In this document: in pieces, positions 39,628-49,986 of the stretch | Layout of the letters: every line of letters begins with the position of its first letter | Numbering within the stretch: position 1 is the first letter of the stretch | DNA from: Spirochaetia bacterium | GTDB lineage: Bacteria; Spirochaetota; Spirochaetia; UBA9216 | NCBI GenBank assembly: GCA_963675665.1 | Contig: OY776510.1 | Coordinates: 1,984,001-2,048,000, forward strand | Direction: 5' to 3' | DNA: 64,000 nt | Program-made: the position numbers and the translations under genes | Notes under the pieces: generated by a model | What the model was told of the DNA's origin: nothing | Seen by the model: the letters and a program-made list of their open reading frames with translations, nothing else | The model's database searches: none

Positions 39628-40602
39628 ATGATTAAAAAATCTGATATCGGAGAATCAAAATCGCCCGGTGTAATTATTAAGGAGTTTACGAGCATATACG
39701 GAATTTATCTGGTATTTCTGTTTATGATTATCATATTGGCCGGGCTCACAGAATCCTTCTTTACCATGAAGAATGCACTCAATGTACTGAGGCAGGCTTC
39801 GATTTTCGGGATCCTCTCTGTAGGTATGACTTTGGTTATAATCACCGGCGGGATTGATTTGTCAATAGGTTCCATTCTGGCAGTGTCGGGAGTAGTGGCG
39901 ACAATGCTGGCGCATCCGGATCCAAAATATCCGACAATCCTGATAGTTATAGTCGGTATTTCTGTAGGAGGAGCTGCCGGGCTGATAAACGGTTTTCTGG
40001 CAGGATATTCAAAAGTTACTCCCTTTATAGTGACTTTGGGAATGATGACTGCAGCACGAGGATTTGCGCTGATTGTTTCAAAGGGAAGAGGAATAATTAA
40101 TCTGTCGAAAGATTTTCAAACCCTTGGGCAGGGGGTGTTTATGGGAATACCGATCCCTATTTTCTTTTTCGCCGGAATTGTCTTAATCGGCTATCTGATT
40201 CTGCATAAAACAAGAATAGGCAGATACATCTTTGCAGTAGGAGGAAATGAGGTAGCCGCAACAGTCTCAGGGATTAATGTGGCAAGGATTAAACTTTTTG
40301 TCTATTTATTCATGGGAATGCTCTGCGGTTTTTCCGGGGTCCTTCTCGCTTCCAGAACAAATGCCGGCGTCCCGAATGCAGGAGGCGGTTATGAATTAAA
40401 TGCGATTGCTGCTGTGGTTATCGGCGGCACAGGGCTGTCCGGCGGCAAGGGGACCATACTGGGAAGCGTTGCGGGAACTTTAATTCTATGCGTACTAACC
40501 AATGGTTTGGATATTCTTAATGTGTCTTCTTACATACAGCAGATATTGATTGGAGTTATTATTATCGGTTCTGTCTGGCTTGATCAAATCAATTCAAAAT
40601 AA
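39628..40602 (+). CDS. Sugar ABC permease (RbsC)
   Basis: GGIDLSIGS, VGGNEVAA..SGI, YELNAIAAVVIGG. Confidence 0.93.
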   Translation: MIKKSDIGESKSPGVIIKEFTSIYGIYLVFLFMIIILAGLTESFFTMKNALNVLRQASIFGILSVGMTLVIITGGIDLSIGSILAVSGVVATMLAHPDPKYPTILIVIVGISVGGAAGLINGFLAGYSKVTPFIVTLGMMTAARGFALIVSKGRGIINLSKDFQTLGQGVFMGIPIPIFFFAGIVLIGYLILHKTRIGRYIFAVGGNEVAATVSGINVARIKLFVYLFMGMLCGFSGVLLASRTNAGVPNAGGGYELNAIAAVVIGGTGLSGGKGTILGSVAGTLILCVLTNGLDILNVSSYIQQILIGVIIIGSVWLDQINSK

Positions 40603-40761
40603 AAGATGATGCGGTATGGGTATAAAAGGCAATAAGGAGGTCTTGTTATGATTTAGGAATAGTTACAATCTGTATTATATATCACTTATGCCAATGATTT
40701 AACCGCCATAAACCGCGTCTTTAAAAATTAACAAGAATTAAAACTATCAGGAGGACTTTTT

Positions 40762-41712
40762 ATGAAAAAAATTATTATGTTTTTATTAGTGTTAGCAATA
40801 ATGATTCCTGGGCTCTGGGCAAGCGGAGACCAGGAATCTGGCTCTGAGCATAAAATGAAGATTGGATTGTCTCTGTTCAGTCTGACTGCAGAATATCTGG
40901 CTACATTAAAGGATAATATGCTCAATTATTGGGAGGAACAGGGACTGGAAGATAAAGTTGAGATTATTATTCTTGATGCAGGCAGCGATTCCGCCAAGCA
41001 GATTAGTCAGATTGATAACCTGATAACACAGCAGGTTGATGCGATTATTATGGTCCCGTTTGACAGAGAACAACTTGCACCATCTGTAGTCAATACTGAA
41101 AATGCTGGAATTCCCATGGTTTTGCTGGCCGCAAAAACAGTAAATCTTGATAAAGCAACTTCCTATGTCGGGTCTGATGACATTGTTTCGGGAAGACTTC
41201 AAATGGAGGATTTGGCCCAGAGAATGGGAGGAAAGGGCAATCTTGTAATTCTTCATGGGCATCCAGGTACGAATGCCGAAGTTCTGCGCCATACAGGTGC
41301 TCATGAAATATTGGAAAAGTATCCGGATATCAAGATTGTCGCCGAGAAAATTTGCGAATGGGACCGTGCGCTGGCGCTTCAAGCTGTGGAGAATCTTCTT
41401 CAGTCGGACATGAAGATTGATGCAATCTTTGCCGAGAATGATGAAATGTCAATGGGAGCGGCAAAAGCGATCGAAGGTTCCGGAATAGACAGGGAAATTT
41501 TTATCGGGGGAGTTGATGCTATTCCTGATGCGCTGCAAGCTGTTAATGAAGGCATTTTGGTGAATACAGTTTTTCAGAACAACAGGGCTCAGGCGGAGAA
41601 AGCTTTACAGGTTGCAATCGATGCTGCAAAAGGAAAGTCTGTAGAGAAATTGTATGATATCCCTTATGAATTGGTCACATTGGAGAACGTTGATCTATAT
41701 CTTGATAAATAG
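40762..41712 (+). CDS. Sugar ABC substrate-binding protein (RbsB/inositol-binding type)
   Basis: Leader LWASGDQE; QIDNLITQQVDAII, YVGSDD, FAENDEM, GVDA. Confidence 0.9.
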   Translation: MKKIIMFLLVLAIMIPGLWASGDQESGSEHKMKIGLSLFSLTAEYLATLKDNMLNYWEEQGLEDKVEIIILDAGSDSAKQISQIDNLITQQVDAIIMVPFDREQLAPSVVNTENAGIPMVLLAAKTVNLDKATSYVGSDDIVSGRLQMEDLAQRMGGKGNLVILHGHPGTNAEVLRHTGAHEILEKYPDIKIVAEKICEWDRALALQAVENLLQSDMKIDAIFAENDEMSMGAAKAIEGSGIDREIFIGGVDAIPDALQAVNEGILVNTVFQNNRAQAEKALQVAIDAAKGKSVEKLYDIPYELVTLENVDLYLDK

Positions 41713-41736
41713 AATCTTCTTTTACCGAGTTTGTAA

Positions 41737-41765
41737 AATCAGGGCTGCCTTTCACAGCCCTGATT
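41737..41765. terminator. Hairpin between convergent genes
   Basis: AATCAGGGCTG-CCTTTCA-CAGCCCTGATT. Confidence 0.65.
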
Positions 41766-41768
41766 CCG

Positions 41769-43124
41769 TCATTGTTTAATTCCGTTATTGGCGATTAAAT
41801 CTCTGTACCAGTACCCGCTGTCTTTTATTTGGCGTCTGAGTGTTTTGTAATCTATATAAACAAGACCGAATCTCTGAGAATATCCATATGTCCATTCAAA
41901 ATTGTCCATAAGTGACCAAATATAATATCCCTTAATGTTAATTCCTTCCTGAATACTTTTGTGTACCTGGCTGATATGACGATGCAGGAAATCAATCCTT
42001 CGGTTGTCTTCGATCGAACCGTACCTGTTAATCAGATCGTTGAATGCTGCTCCGTTTTCAGTAATTATTATCTTTATATCGCCGTATTCCTTTACTAATT
42101 TTTTCAGTGATATGTATAGTCCTTCGGGAAATATTTCCCATCCGGTATCTGTATTCTGGTTATAAGGTCTCGATGTTGAAATCTCCGCTTCAAATGGCCA
42201 GGCATCGGAATTATAGGATACAAAATGAGGATAATAATAATTCACGCCTAGAAAATCGACAGGTTGCTGAATAAGATTGAGATCATCTGAATTCAGTTCA
42301 GGTATCATTGCTCCTTTGCTTCTGAAGAAATCCTCTAATCCAGCTGGAAATGAACCTTTAAAGATTGCATCCTGAAACCAGTTATTGAAGTATTTATCCA
42401 TCCTGTCCGATGCAATTATATCTTTTTGATTGTCGGATGCCGGAAATGTGGGATGCACATTCAGGGTTATTCCAATTTCACCTTTCAGGCCTGTCTGGCG
42501 AAATGTATTTACCGCCAGTCCGTGAGATAAAAGGATATTGTGGGTTGCAAGTATTGAGGCTGAAAAATCTCTGACCCCGGGGGCATGTATTCCCTTATAA
42601 TAGCCGAAATAACTTGTTCCTATGGGTTCATTATGGGTTATCCAGGTATGAACACGATCGCCAAGCTGTTTGAATATATATTCAACATATTCCCTGTAAT
42701 ATTCAGCTGTCTCCCTGTTTGTCCAGCCTCCAATATCCTGAAGTTTCTGCGGGAATCCCCAGTGGTGAAGAGTGATAATCGGAATAATATTGTTTTTTAA
42801 CAGTTCATCAATTACTTTATTATAAAAATCCATACCTGCATTGTTGGGGACTCCTTTCCCTTCAGGAAAAACTCTCGCCCACGAAATTGACATTCTGTAT
42901 GATTTTATTCCAAGCTCTTTCATAATCTGTATGTCTTCGACATATTTGTGATAATGGTCGCATGCTATTTCAGCGGAATCATTATTATTGATCCTTCCCG
43001 GTGTTCTTGAGAAACGATCCCAATATGTCTCGCCTTTTCCGTATTTACTGGCAGCTCCTTCGATTTGATAGTCGGAAGTTGATACTCCCCAAAGAAAATC
43101 TTTCGGAAATTGAAATAACGGCAT
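41769..43124 (-). CDS. GH1 beta-glucosidase
   Basis: FPKDFLWG..YQIEGA, THNEP, ITENG, WSLMDNFEW; RBS GGAGG. Confidence 0.95.
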   Translation of the reverse strand: MPLFQFPKDFLWGVSTSDYQIEGAASKYGKGETYWDRFSRTPGRINNNDSAEIACDHYHKYVEDIQIMKELGIKSYRMSISWARVFPEGKGVPNNAGMDFYNKVIDELLKNNIIPIITLHHWGFPQKLQDIGGWTNRETAEYYREYVEYIFKQLGDRVHTWITHNEPIGTSYFGYYKGIHAPGVRDFSASILATHNILLSHGLAVNTFRQTGLKGEIGITLNVHPTFPASDNQKDIIASDRMDKYFNNWFQDAIFKGSFPAGLEDFFRSKGAMIPELNSDDLNLIQQPVDFLGVNYYYPHFVSYNSDAWPFEAEISTSRPYNQNTDTGWEIFPEGLYISLKKLVKEYGDIKIIITENGAAFNDLINRYGSIEDNRRIDFLHRHISQVHKSIQEGINIKGYYIWSLMDNFEWTYGYSQRFGLVYIDYKTLRRQIKDSGYWYRDLIANNGIKQ

Positions 43125-43135
43125 AGTTTCCTCCA

Positions 43136-43148
43136 GAAAACGTTTTAC
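43136..43148. promoter_or_regulatory. LacI-type operator upstream of GH1
   Basis: GAAAACGTTTTAC adjacent to the RBS. Confidence 0.65.
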
Positions 43149-43302
43149 GTATATCGTATTAATTATCAATTAATAATTACATAAGTCAATATCGTCTTTT
43201 GTTTTTACTGTCTTTTCCTTTAAAATCACTATTATTTTTATTTCAAACTATTTAAAAACGGCAGGAATAATTGGCAGAAGTTTTATCTAAGGCGAAGTGT
43301 TT

Positions 43303-44556
43303 TTATTTCCTCGGCGCAGCGCTGGATGATCTGATAATCAGTTCAGGCTCAATATTAATATTTACCGGTTTATATTCCATACCCTGCAGATTTATTTGTA
43401 TCTGGCGATTAAGTTCTTTTACAGCCTCAACAGCTGCCTGTTCGGACGGTTGACGCACAGTCGTCAGAGGGATATACAGCTCATGCAATTCGTTTGTTCC
43501 GTTATAGCCGGTTATGGTTATGTCTTCAGGTATTTTCCATCCGGCCTGAATTGCAACGTTTGCAGCCAATTGAGCAAAATCATCACTAGTGCATAGAATT
43601 GCTGTAGGTGGTTTTTCCAGGTTAAGGATATTCTTTACACATTGCACTGCTTCTGTGGTGTTTTTTGGAGTAAAAAATAGCGACTTGTCATCAGGTAATC
43701 CGGCTTCTCTCTGCAGATTGATAAATGTATGCATACGGTTTTGTACGCTGGTATGAAGAATGTTTCCTACAAAAGCTATTGAACGATGACCAAGATCATA
43801 CAGGTGGGCAAATAACTGTTTAATGCCAGATTCATCATCAAATGTTACCGTTGATACTTTTTCATGATTTCGACCTGCGAGAGATACTACAGGCAGGGAA
43901 TTATTAATTAATTCATTGTAAATAATGATGTCCTCAACCATATCTCCGACAATAATAAGTCCGTCAAACCAGTAATTAACAATATGTTTTATTTGTTGTA
44001 ACGCCATTCCCGCCTCATGCATTGCATGGCTCATTAGAATAACGCTGTCCTGCTTTTTATATTCAAGCTGAACATCCTGAACAAGTTGTCTTAAAAACGG
44101 ATCCCCAATATCCCTTACAACAGCGCCGATAATTCCTGATTGTCGGCTTCGCAGCGCACTTGCGATCGGGTTGGCTTTATAGCCCAGACGTGTTGCTGTT
44201 TCCTCAATTCGGTTTTTCGTTTCTTCACTGATTTTGATAGAATTATCACGCTTATTCAGAATTCTGGAAACAAGGCCGACAGAAACACCGGCTTCCATCG
44301 CAACATCGGAAATGGTTATATTACCTTTATTCTTGATTATCCTGTTTATTTTCTGTCTGATTTTCTCCTCCGGCAGTTTTTCTGATAAAGCATAAAGGAC
44401 TTTACGGAGAATGATATAGTCGTTTATAGAAATTTCCTGTGTCTCATCTTCAAGAGAAATAGACAGGTTATACTTTATTTTAATTTCCCTAAGTGCTTCT
44501 ACAGGCATCCCGCAGGCATCTACAATTTCATTTAAAAACATTTTTTTGTTCTTCAT
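43303..44556 (-). CDS. LacI family regulator with ~78-aa N-terminal extension
   Basis: ITISDVAMEAGVSVGLVSRILN..LGYKANPIASALR; IPEDITITGY; LTTVRQP. Confidence 0.9.
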   Translation of the reverse strand: MKNKKMFLNEIVDACGMPVEALREIKIKYNLSISLEDETQEISINDYIILRKVLYALSEKLPEEKIRQKINRIIKNKGNITISDVAMEAGVSVGLVSRILNKRDNSIKISEETKNRIEETATRLGYKANPIASALRSRQSGIIGAVVRDIGDPFLRQLVQDVQLEYKKQDSVILMSHAMHEAGMALQQIKHIVNYWFDGLIIVGDMVEDIIIYNELINNSLPVVSLAGRNHEKVSTVTFDDESGIKQLFAHLYDLGHRSIAFVGNILHTSVQNRMHTFINLQREAGLPDDKSLFFTPKNTTEAVQCVKNILNLEKPPTAILCTSDDFAQLAANVAIQAGWKIPEDITITGYNGTNELHELYIPLTTVRQPSEQAAVEAVKELNRQIQINLQGMEYKPVNINIEPELIIRSSSAAPRK

Positions 44557-44648
44557 CCTTAATTATATATCAAGATTTACCATTCTGGTCAATGAATATG
44601 TTTTTTTCGGAAACTAGGTGTTTACCTGATTTTTTTAAACTTTTTTTG

Positions 44649-44708
44649 TTGACAAGTATGGTCTCTGAGTATATTATCATATAAATCGATTGTGGTAAAA
44701 CGTTTTAC
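44649..44708 (+). promoter_or_regulatory. Promoter with LacI-type operator
   Basis: TTGACA(44649)-17 nt-TATTAT; AATCGATT at 44684; perfect GTAAAACGTTTTAC at 44695-44708. Confidence 0.72.
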
Positions 44709-44736
44709 TTACTAAAATTTTTTCAGGAGGAATTCT

Positions 44737-45762
44737 ATGAAACAAATTGCAATGTTTCTATTAGTGTTGGTTCTGGTAATTCCGGGCTTGTTTGCAAACG
44801 GAAACCAGGAATCTGTATCTGATGAAAGCGATGAAATTCTAATAGGAATTTCTATGCCCACCCAACGGGAGGATATTTGGGTAAGACACGAAAAGAACAT
44901 TCGTGAAGCGGCTGAAGCTCTTGGCGCAAAGGTACTGACTCAAATTTCCGATAACGATGCTTCAAAGCAGCAGTCACAGTGTGAAAATCTGCTTGCGCAG
45001 GGTATTGATGTTCTGGTAATTGGCGCTCACGATGCGGTTTCTGCCGGTACTATTGTTGAAATGGCACATCGCGAAGATGTTCCGGTTGTATCTTATGACC
45101 GATTAATTCTTGATTCAGATGTTGATATCTATGTTTCATTTGATAATGTGGCAGTTGGTGAGTGTATGGGTGAATGGTTTGTTGAAAACATTCCTGCAGG
45201 TAATATCGCAGTTCTTGCCGGCGATCCTCTCGATAATAATGCAAAACTTTTCCGCCAAGGTGCTATGAATATTATTCAACCGAAAGTGAATGACGGTACC
45301 TATAAGGTAGTAATGGATCAAAATGTTCTTGACTGGAAAGCAGAAAATGCAATGAGGTTGGCTGAAGACTGTCTTACAGCAAACAGCAATAATATTACAG
45401 GAATTGTAGCACCCAATGATAGTACCGCCGGCGGTATTATTCAGGCCCTTGCAGGTCAGGGACTGGACGGTAAAGTTCTGACTACAGGACAGGATTTTGA
45501 ACTTACAGCGCTGCAGCGCATATACGAAGGCACCCAGGGAATGACGGTATTTAAGGATACGGTTGTAGAAGGAAAGGCTGCAGCAAAAGCGGCTGTTGAA
45601 CTTGCCGGAAAACAGCAGGTTACAGGAATAAATGGTTCAACTGATAATGGTTACAAAGATGTTCCTTCCGTTCTTGCTACTCCGCAGGCAGTTACTAAGA
45701 ATAACCTCAAGCAAATTGTGGAAGTCAGCGGCCTTTATCCATGGACAGAAGTAGCTAAGTGA
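44737..45762 (+). CDS. XylF/ChvE-like sugar-binding protein
   Basis: GISMPT...W, SYDRLI, YVSFDN, GDPLDNNA, APND, TGQD, MTVFKD. Confidence 0.9.
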   Translation: MKQIAMFLLVLVLVIPGLFANGNQESVSDESDEILIGISMPTQREDIWVRHEKNIREAAEALGAKVLTQISDNDASKQQSQCENLLAQGIDVLVIGAHDAVSAGTIVEMAHREDVPVVSYDRLILDSDVDIYVSFDNVAVGECMGEWFVENIPAGNIAVLAGDPLDNNAKLFRQGAMNIIQPKVNDGTYKVVMDQNVLDWKAENAMRLAEDCLTANSNNITGIVAPNDSTAGGIIQALAGQGLDGKVLTTGQDFELTALQRIYEGTQGMTVFKDTVVEGKAAAKAAVELAGKQQVTGINGSTDNGYKDVPSVLATPQAVTKNNLKQIVEVSGLYPWTEVAK

Positions 45763-45822
45763 GTTAATTAAAGCCCGCCTGGGAAAAACGTTCAGGCGGG
45801 AATTTTATCAAAAGGGTATGAC

Positions 45823-47355
45823 ATGAAAGAACAGTTTATTCTGCAAATGCAAAACATTACCAAGACTTTTCCGGGGGTCCAGGCTCTTTCCAATGTCAAT
45901 TTAGAGATAAATCCAGGCGAAATTCATTCGCTGGTTGGCGAGAACGGGGCGGGTAAATCTACGTTGATGAAAATACTTTCTGGTGTTTATCCTTACGGGA
46001 ATTATGAAGGTCAAATAATTATTAAGGGTGAAGAACAGAAATTTAACACAATAAACGACAGTATCAACGCCAAATTGGTAACTATCTATCAGGAACTTGC
46101 GTTGGTAAAATATCTGGACATTGTGGAAAACGTATTCCTGGGGCATGAAATACGTACAAAATCCGGGGGAATAGATTATCAGAAGGAATACTCAATTACA
46201 AAGAAAATACTTGATAAAATCGGCCTGTATGTCAGCCCTTCGGCGAAGATAATGCAGCTTGGCGTTGGTCAACAGCAGCTTGTTGAGATAGCCAAAGCAA
46301 TCGTAAAAAATGCAGAAATAATAATTTTTGATGAGCCCACTTCCGCTCTAACTGAGGAAGAATCCAACAATTTACTGAAACTGATTAAAGAATTCAAAGA
46401 GCAGGGCATTACCTGTATCTATATTTCACATAAGCTTGAAGAAGTATTTAAAATCTCGGATACCGTTTCCGTACTGCGGGACGGCAAGATGATAGGTACG
46501 TATCCTGCAGAGGAATTGAACGAAGGCAAGTTGATTTCACTTATGGTGGGTCGGGATATGTCGCATCGATATCCTGAACGTGATCATAATCCGGGCAGTG
46601 TTTTGTTTGAAGTGCGGGACTGGACTGTCGGAGATCCGGAACATGGCGGCAGGAATAAGCTGAAAAACATCAGTTTTTCTCTTCGTGAAGGAGAAATCCT
46701 GGGGATTGCCGGGCTTATGGGAGCCGGCAGGACTGAACTGGCTATGTCCATAATAGGCAGCTATGGGAACCATGTTGCCGGAGAACTCTATCTGAAAGGC
46801 AAACGTATTTTTAACAGACATCCCAAGGCTGCCATAAGAAACCACATTTGTTATTTAAGCGAGGACAGAAAGGGCAACGGACTTGTGTTGGGTATGAATA
46901 TTAAAGAAAACATTTCTTTACCGAATTTACAAAGTATTACCGAGCTTTTTTCCATAAATGAAAATGAGGAAATACACGCAGCAGAAAAATATGTAAAAGA
47001 ACTGCAGATTAAAACACCTTCCATAGAACAAAAGGTTAAAAACCTTTCAGGTGGAAACCAGCAAAAAGTAGTTGTTGGTAAATGGCTTATGGCCAGTCCG
47101 ACGGTGCTGATTCTTGATGAACCGACCCGTGGTATAGATGTCGGGGCAAAATATGAAATTTATTTGATTATGAAAGAACTGGTTAAATCGGGCATGGCTA
47201 TAATCATGATTTCATCCGAGCTTCCGGAAATCCTGGGTATGAGCGATCGTATCCTGGTTATGAGTGAAGGCGAGATAACCGCCGAATTCAATCACGGTGA
47301 AGCTACTTCGGAAGAAATAATGCATAACGCAATTGGGAGCAGCAGAAATGAATAG
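45823..47355 (+). CDS. XylG/GguA-like ABC ATP-binding protein
   Basis: GENGAGKSTLMKILSGVYP; LSGGNQQK; DEPTRGIDVGAKYEIY. Confidence 0.93.
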   Translation: MKEQFILQMQNITKTFPGVQALSNVNLEINPGEIHSLVGENGAGKSTLMKILSGVYPYGNYEGQIIIKGEEQKFNTINDSINAKLVTIYQELALVKYLDIVENVFLGHEIRTKSGGIDYQKEYSITKKILDKIGLYVSPSAKIMQLGVGQQQLVEIAKAIVKNAEIIIFDEPTSALTEEESNNLLKLIKEFKEQGITCIYISHKLEEVFKISDTVSVLRDGKMIGTYPAEELNEGKLISLMVGRDMSHRYPERDHNPGSVLFEVRDWTVGDPEHGGRNKLKNISFSLREGEILGIAGLMGAGRTELAMSIIGSYGNHVAGELYLKGKRIFNRHPKAAIRNHICYLSEDRKGNGLVLGMNIKENISLPNLQSITELFSINENEEIHAAEKYVKELQIKTPSIEQKVKNLSGGNQQKVVVGKWLMASPTVLILDEPTRGIDVGAKYEIYLIMKELVKSGMAIIMISSELPEILGMSDRILVMSEGEITAEFNHGEATSEEIMHNAIGSSRNE

Positions 47356-48538
47356 ACAGGCTTTATCATCATCATTAAAAAAGAAAGTTTTAAGCAATAT
47401 TACATCATATAAGATAAGACAGTATATGATGGTCGGCGTCTTGCTGGTGATCTGGTTGATTTTTTCGATACTTACCAACTCTCTTTTTACCTCATCAAGA
47501 AATTTATCAAATCTGTTTATGCAGATGTGTACAATAGGAATTTTATCCTGCGGCATGGTTTTTATTATGGTAACCGGTAATATTGATATCTCTGTCGGTT
47601 CGGTATTAGGCACCTTGGGAGCTCTTTTTGCCATTTTGACATTGAAACTTGGCCTGTCGCCCCTGGTTACGATCCCTATAACTCTTTTTGCCGGTATCTG
47701 TGTCGGGCTTTGGCATGGGTACTGGATCGCTTATCGACAGGTTCCCGCCATGATTGCGACCCTGGCAAGTATGACTGCTTTTAAGGGGCTTACACTTGGT
47801 CTGACCGGCGGTGTTACAATCGGCGGATTCAGCGTATTGGTAAAATTGATTGGACAGGGTTATCTTCCTCAGCTTTTTTTCAAGGGAGCTGCATTTAATG
47901 ATTTCAGTATTCTAATCGTATCAGCTTTTATAATAGGCTTTGTTATTCTGGATCAGTATAAACGTGCCACGAGGATAAAATATGGCTTTAAGGTTGCCGG
48001 GATAATGGCGACCGTGGCGAGAGAGGCCATTGTCGCTATCGCTATCGGTTCAGTAGGTTTTATCATGATTAGTTACAGGGGCATACCTTACGCAATTATT
48101 ATTCTGCTTGCTGTTGCTTTCGTCTGGACTTATGTCGGCAATTTTACTCCGTTCGGCCGTTCCATTTATGCAATCGGAGGCAATAAAGAGGCAGCCCGGC
48201 TTTCAGGAATAAATATTAAACAGAATCTTGTTTTTATCTACGGAATGATGGGTTTTCTAAATGCTGTAGCCGCTATAGTTTTTACAACCCGGCTGAACGC
48301 AGCAACTACAAGCGCCGGTACAAGTTTTGAAATGGATGCAATTGCCGCGGCGGTTATAGGAGGGACAAGTCCTGCCGGCGGAGTCGGCACTGTGTTCGGA
48401 GCGATAATAGGTGCGCTTATAATGGCAAGCCTTGATAACGGAATGAGTCTCTTGAATGTCAATATTATGTATCAGTATGTAATTAAAGGTTTGGTGCTGC
48501 TTGTAGCTGTTGCTGTAGATGCGGCTTCCAAGAAATAG
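47348..48538 (+). CDS. XylH/GguB-like ABC permease
   Basis: RNLSNL, IDISVGS, GGNKEAARLSGI, FEMDAIAA. Confidence 0.92.
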   Translation: MNRQALSSSLKKKVLSNITSYKIRQYMMVGVLLVIWLIFSILTNSLFTSSRNLSNLFMQMCTIGILSCGMVFIMVTGNIDISVGSVLGTLGALFAILTLKLGLSPLVTIPITLFAGICVGLWHGYWIAYRQVPAMIATLASMTAFKGLTLGLTGGVTIGGFSVLVKLIGQGYLPQLFFKGAAFNDFSILIVSAFIIGFVILDQYKRATRIKYGFKVAGIMATVAREAIVAIAIGSVGFIMISYRGIPYAIIILLAVAFVWTYVGNFTPFGRSIYAIGGNKEAARLSGINIKQNLVFIYGMMGFLNAVAAIVFTTRLNAATTSAGTSFEMDAIAAAVIGGTSPAGGVGTVFGAIIGALIMASLDNGMSLLNVNIMYQYVIKGLVLLVAVAVDAASKK

Positions 48539-48548
48539 GAGAAGTTCC

Positions 48549-49043
48549 ATGTTTGTCCTCTCACCAAAATCCTTAAGCAGGGAAGCTTTCCGAAAATATG
48601 GAGATTATCAGAATATTGCAGATCCTGAAGAGGGTTTTGACCCTTCTAATCCGGAACAGTTTATTCCTGATTTAATGCCGGTTACTTTAGGGAGTAATTC
48701 ACTGTCGTTTTCAGTATTAAAAATCCGGCGAAGGGATGCTGTTTTAAAAAAGCTTGAATATCATGCTTATTGCGGCGAAGTTATTTTCCCGTTTGACGGT
48801 GATATAATTGGTATTTTTCTCCCGCCGACAAAGCCTGGGGAAAAAATTAATTTTAAATCAGCTGAAGCTTTTATTATTCCCCAGGCTACACTCGTATATT
48901 TACGTCCGGGGACCTGGCATCTTTCACCTTTTGTTCACAATACTGATGAGTGCACATTACTTTGCATGCTTCCGGAGCGTACCTACGCCAACGATGCTGT
49001 AATGATCGATATTCCAGAGATGAACTGGTTAAAACTCAAATAA
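48549..49043 (+). CDS. Ureidoglycolate-lyase-like cupin
   Basis: LSREAFRKYG, LEYH..CGE, RPGTWH..PF, LPERTYAND. Confidence 0.7.
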   Translation: MFVLSPKSLSREAFRKYGDYQNIADPEEGFDPSNPEQFIPDLMPVTLGSNSLSFSVLKIRRRDAVLKKLEYHAYCGEVIFPFDGDIIGIFLPPTKPGEKINFKSAEAFIIPQATLVYLRPGTWHLSPFVHNTDECTLLCMLPERTYANDAVMIDIPEMNWLKLK

Positions 49044-49096
49044 AGCTCTGGTCCTCTGAGACATTATGCTTTTAATAAAACTAGGAGGTACTGTAT

Positions 49097-49579
49097 ATGG
49101 CAGTATTGGCTGATTACTTTAACAAATGGCCATGTCCACCGGACAAAAAAAGACCCTTTCATGTAACAAAAGACAAAATGGTGCATTACATTTATGTTCC
49201 CGAAGATCCGCATCATGCCGACTTGAACTGGATGTTCGTTTCTACAGAGAGTATGTTCAGCGGAAGATATCATCTTTCTCCGGGAGCAATGTTTACTCCC
49301 CCGGATGTTCACAACGGGGATGAATATTATTATATGCTTCATGGAACATTAACAATCATGAATCCTGTAACCGGTCAGGTTGTCGAACTGCAAAAAGGTG
49401 AATGTATCAACCTTCCAAAGGGTGCTCCTCATAAGGGCTATAACTTCACCAATGATACAGCAAAGATGTTATACCTTATAGTGCCGACTGTCTGGGCTGA
49501 AGGCGAAGCCGGCCCGCCTCCTTATCCGGAAAATGAAGATACGATGGCATTGTTGCGCACAAAAACGGAGGTTAAATAA
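49097..49579 (+). CDS. Cupin-domain protein (metal motif intact)
   Basis: DVHNGDEYYYMLHG..LPKGAPH. Confidence 0.75.
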   Translation: MAVLADYFNKWPCPPDKKRPFHVTKDKMVHYIYVPEDPHHADLNWMFVSTESMFSGRYHLSPGAMFTPPDVHNGDEYYYMLHGTLTIMNPVTGQVVELQKGECINLPKGAPHKGYNFTNDTAKMLYLIVPTVWAEGEAGPPPYPENEDTMALLRTKTEVK

Positions 49580-49581
49580 TT

Positions 49582-49986
49582 ATGATTAAACAGATAGGAC
49601 AATGGCCGTGTGATCCCGTGGTAGTTCGTGATACCGGCGAATTTGTAAAAGTGACAAATGATAATAAGCTCAGGACTATTCACGGATTGGAATACCCGGT
49701 GCCTGTAAATTTCTTCTTTAGTACGGATCTGGGGCACATGGGAGAAATAACATTGCCAGCCGGCGGAACAGGGCCGCGTGCGATGGAAAAACTCACCCTT
49801 AAAGGAGATGCTTCAGTTTATGTAGAAGATGGCCCAATCACTTTTTTCTTCCCTGACAACGAGGATACTTTCACAGTTGCCGAGGAAGAGGTTGTATTTA
49901 TTCCGGCAAATACACCTTTTATGCTCATTAACTATGAGGCAAAAATTGTACACGCTATTTTTTCGGTAGGAGGCCCGGATTTTTAA
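49582..49986 (+). CDS. Cupin-like protein, paralog of the upstream gene lacking His ligands
   Basis: Shared WPC.P, F.ST, L..G and GD...Y features; VFIPANTPF in place of the His motif. Confidence 0.6.
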   Translation: MIKQIGQWPCDPVVVRDTGEFVKVTNDNKLRTIHGLEYPVPVNFFFSTDLGHMGEITLPAGGTGPRAMEKLTLKGDASVYVEDGPITFFFPDNEDTFTVAEEEVVFIPANTPFMLINYEAKIVHAIFSVGGPDF

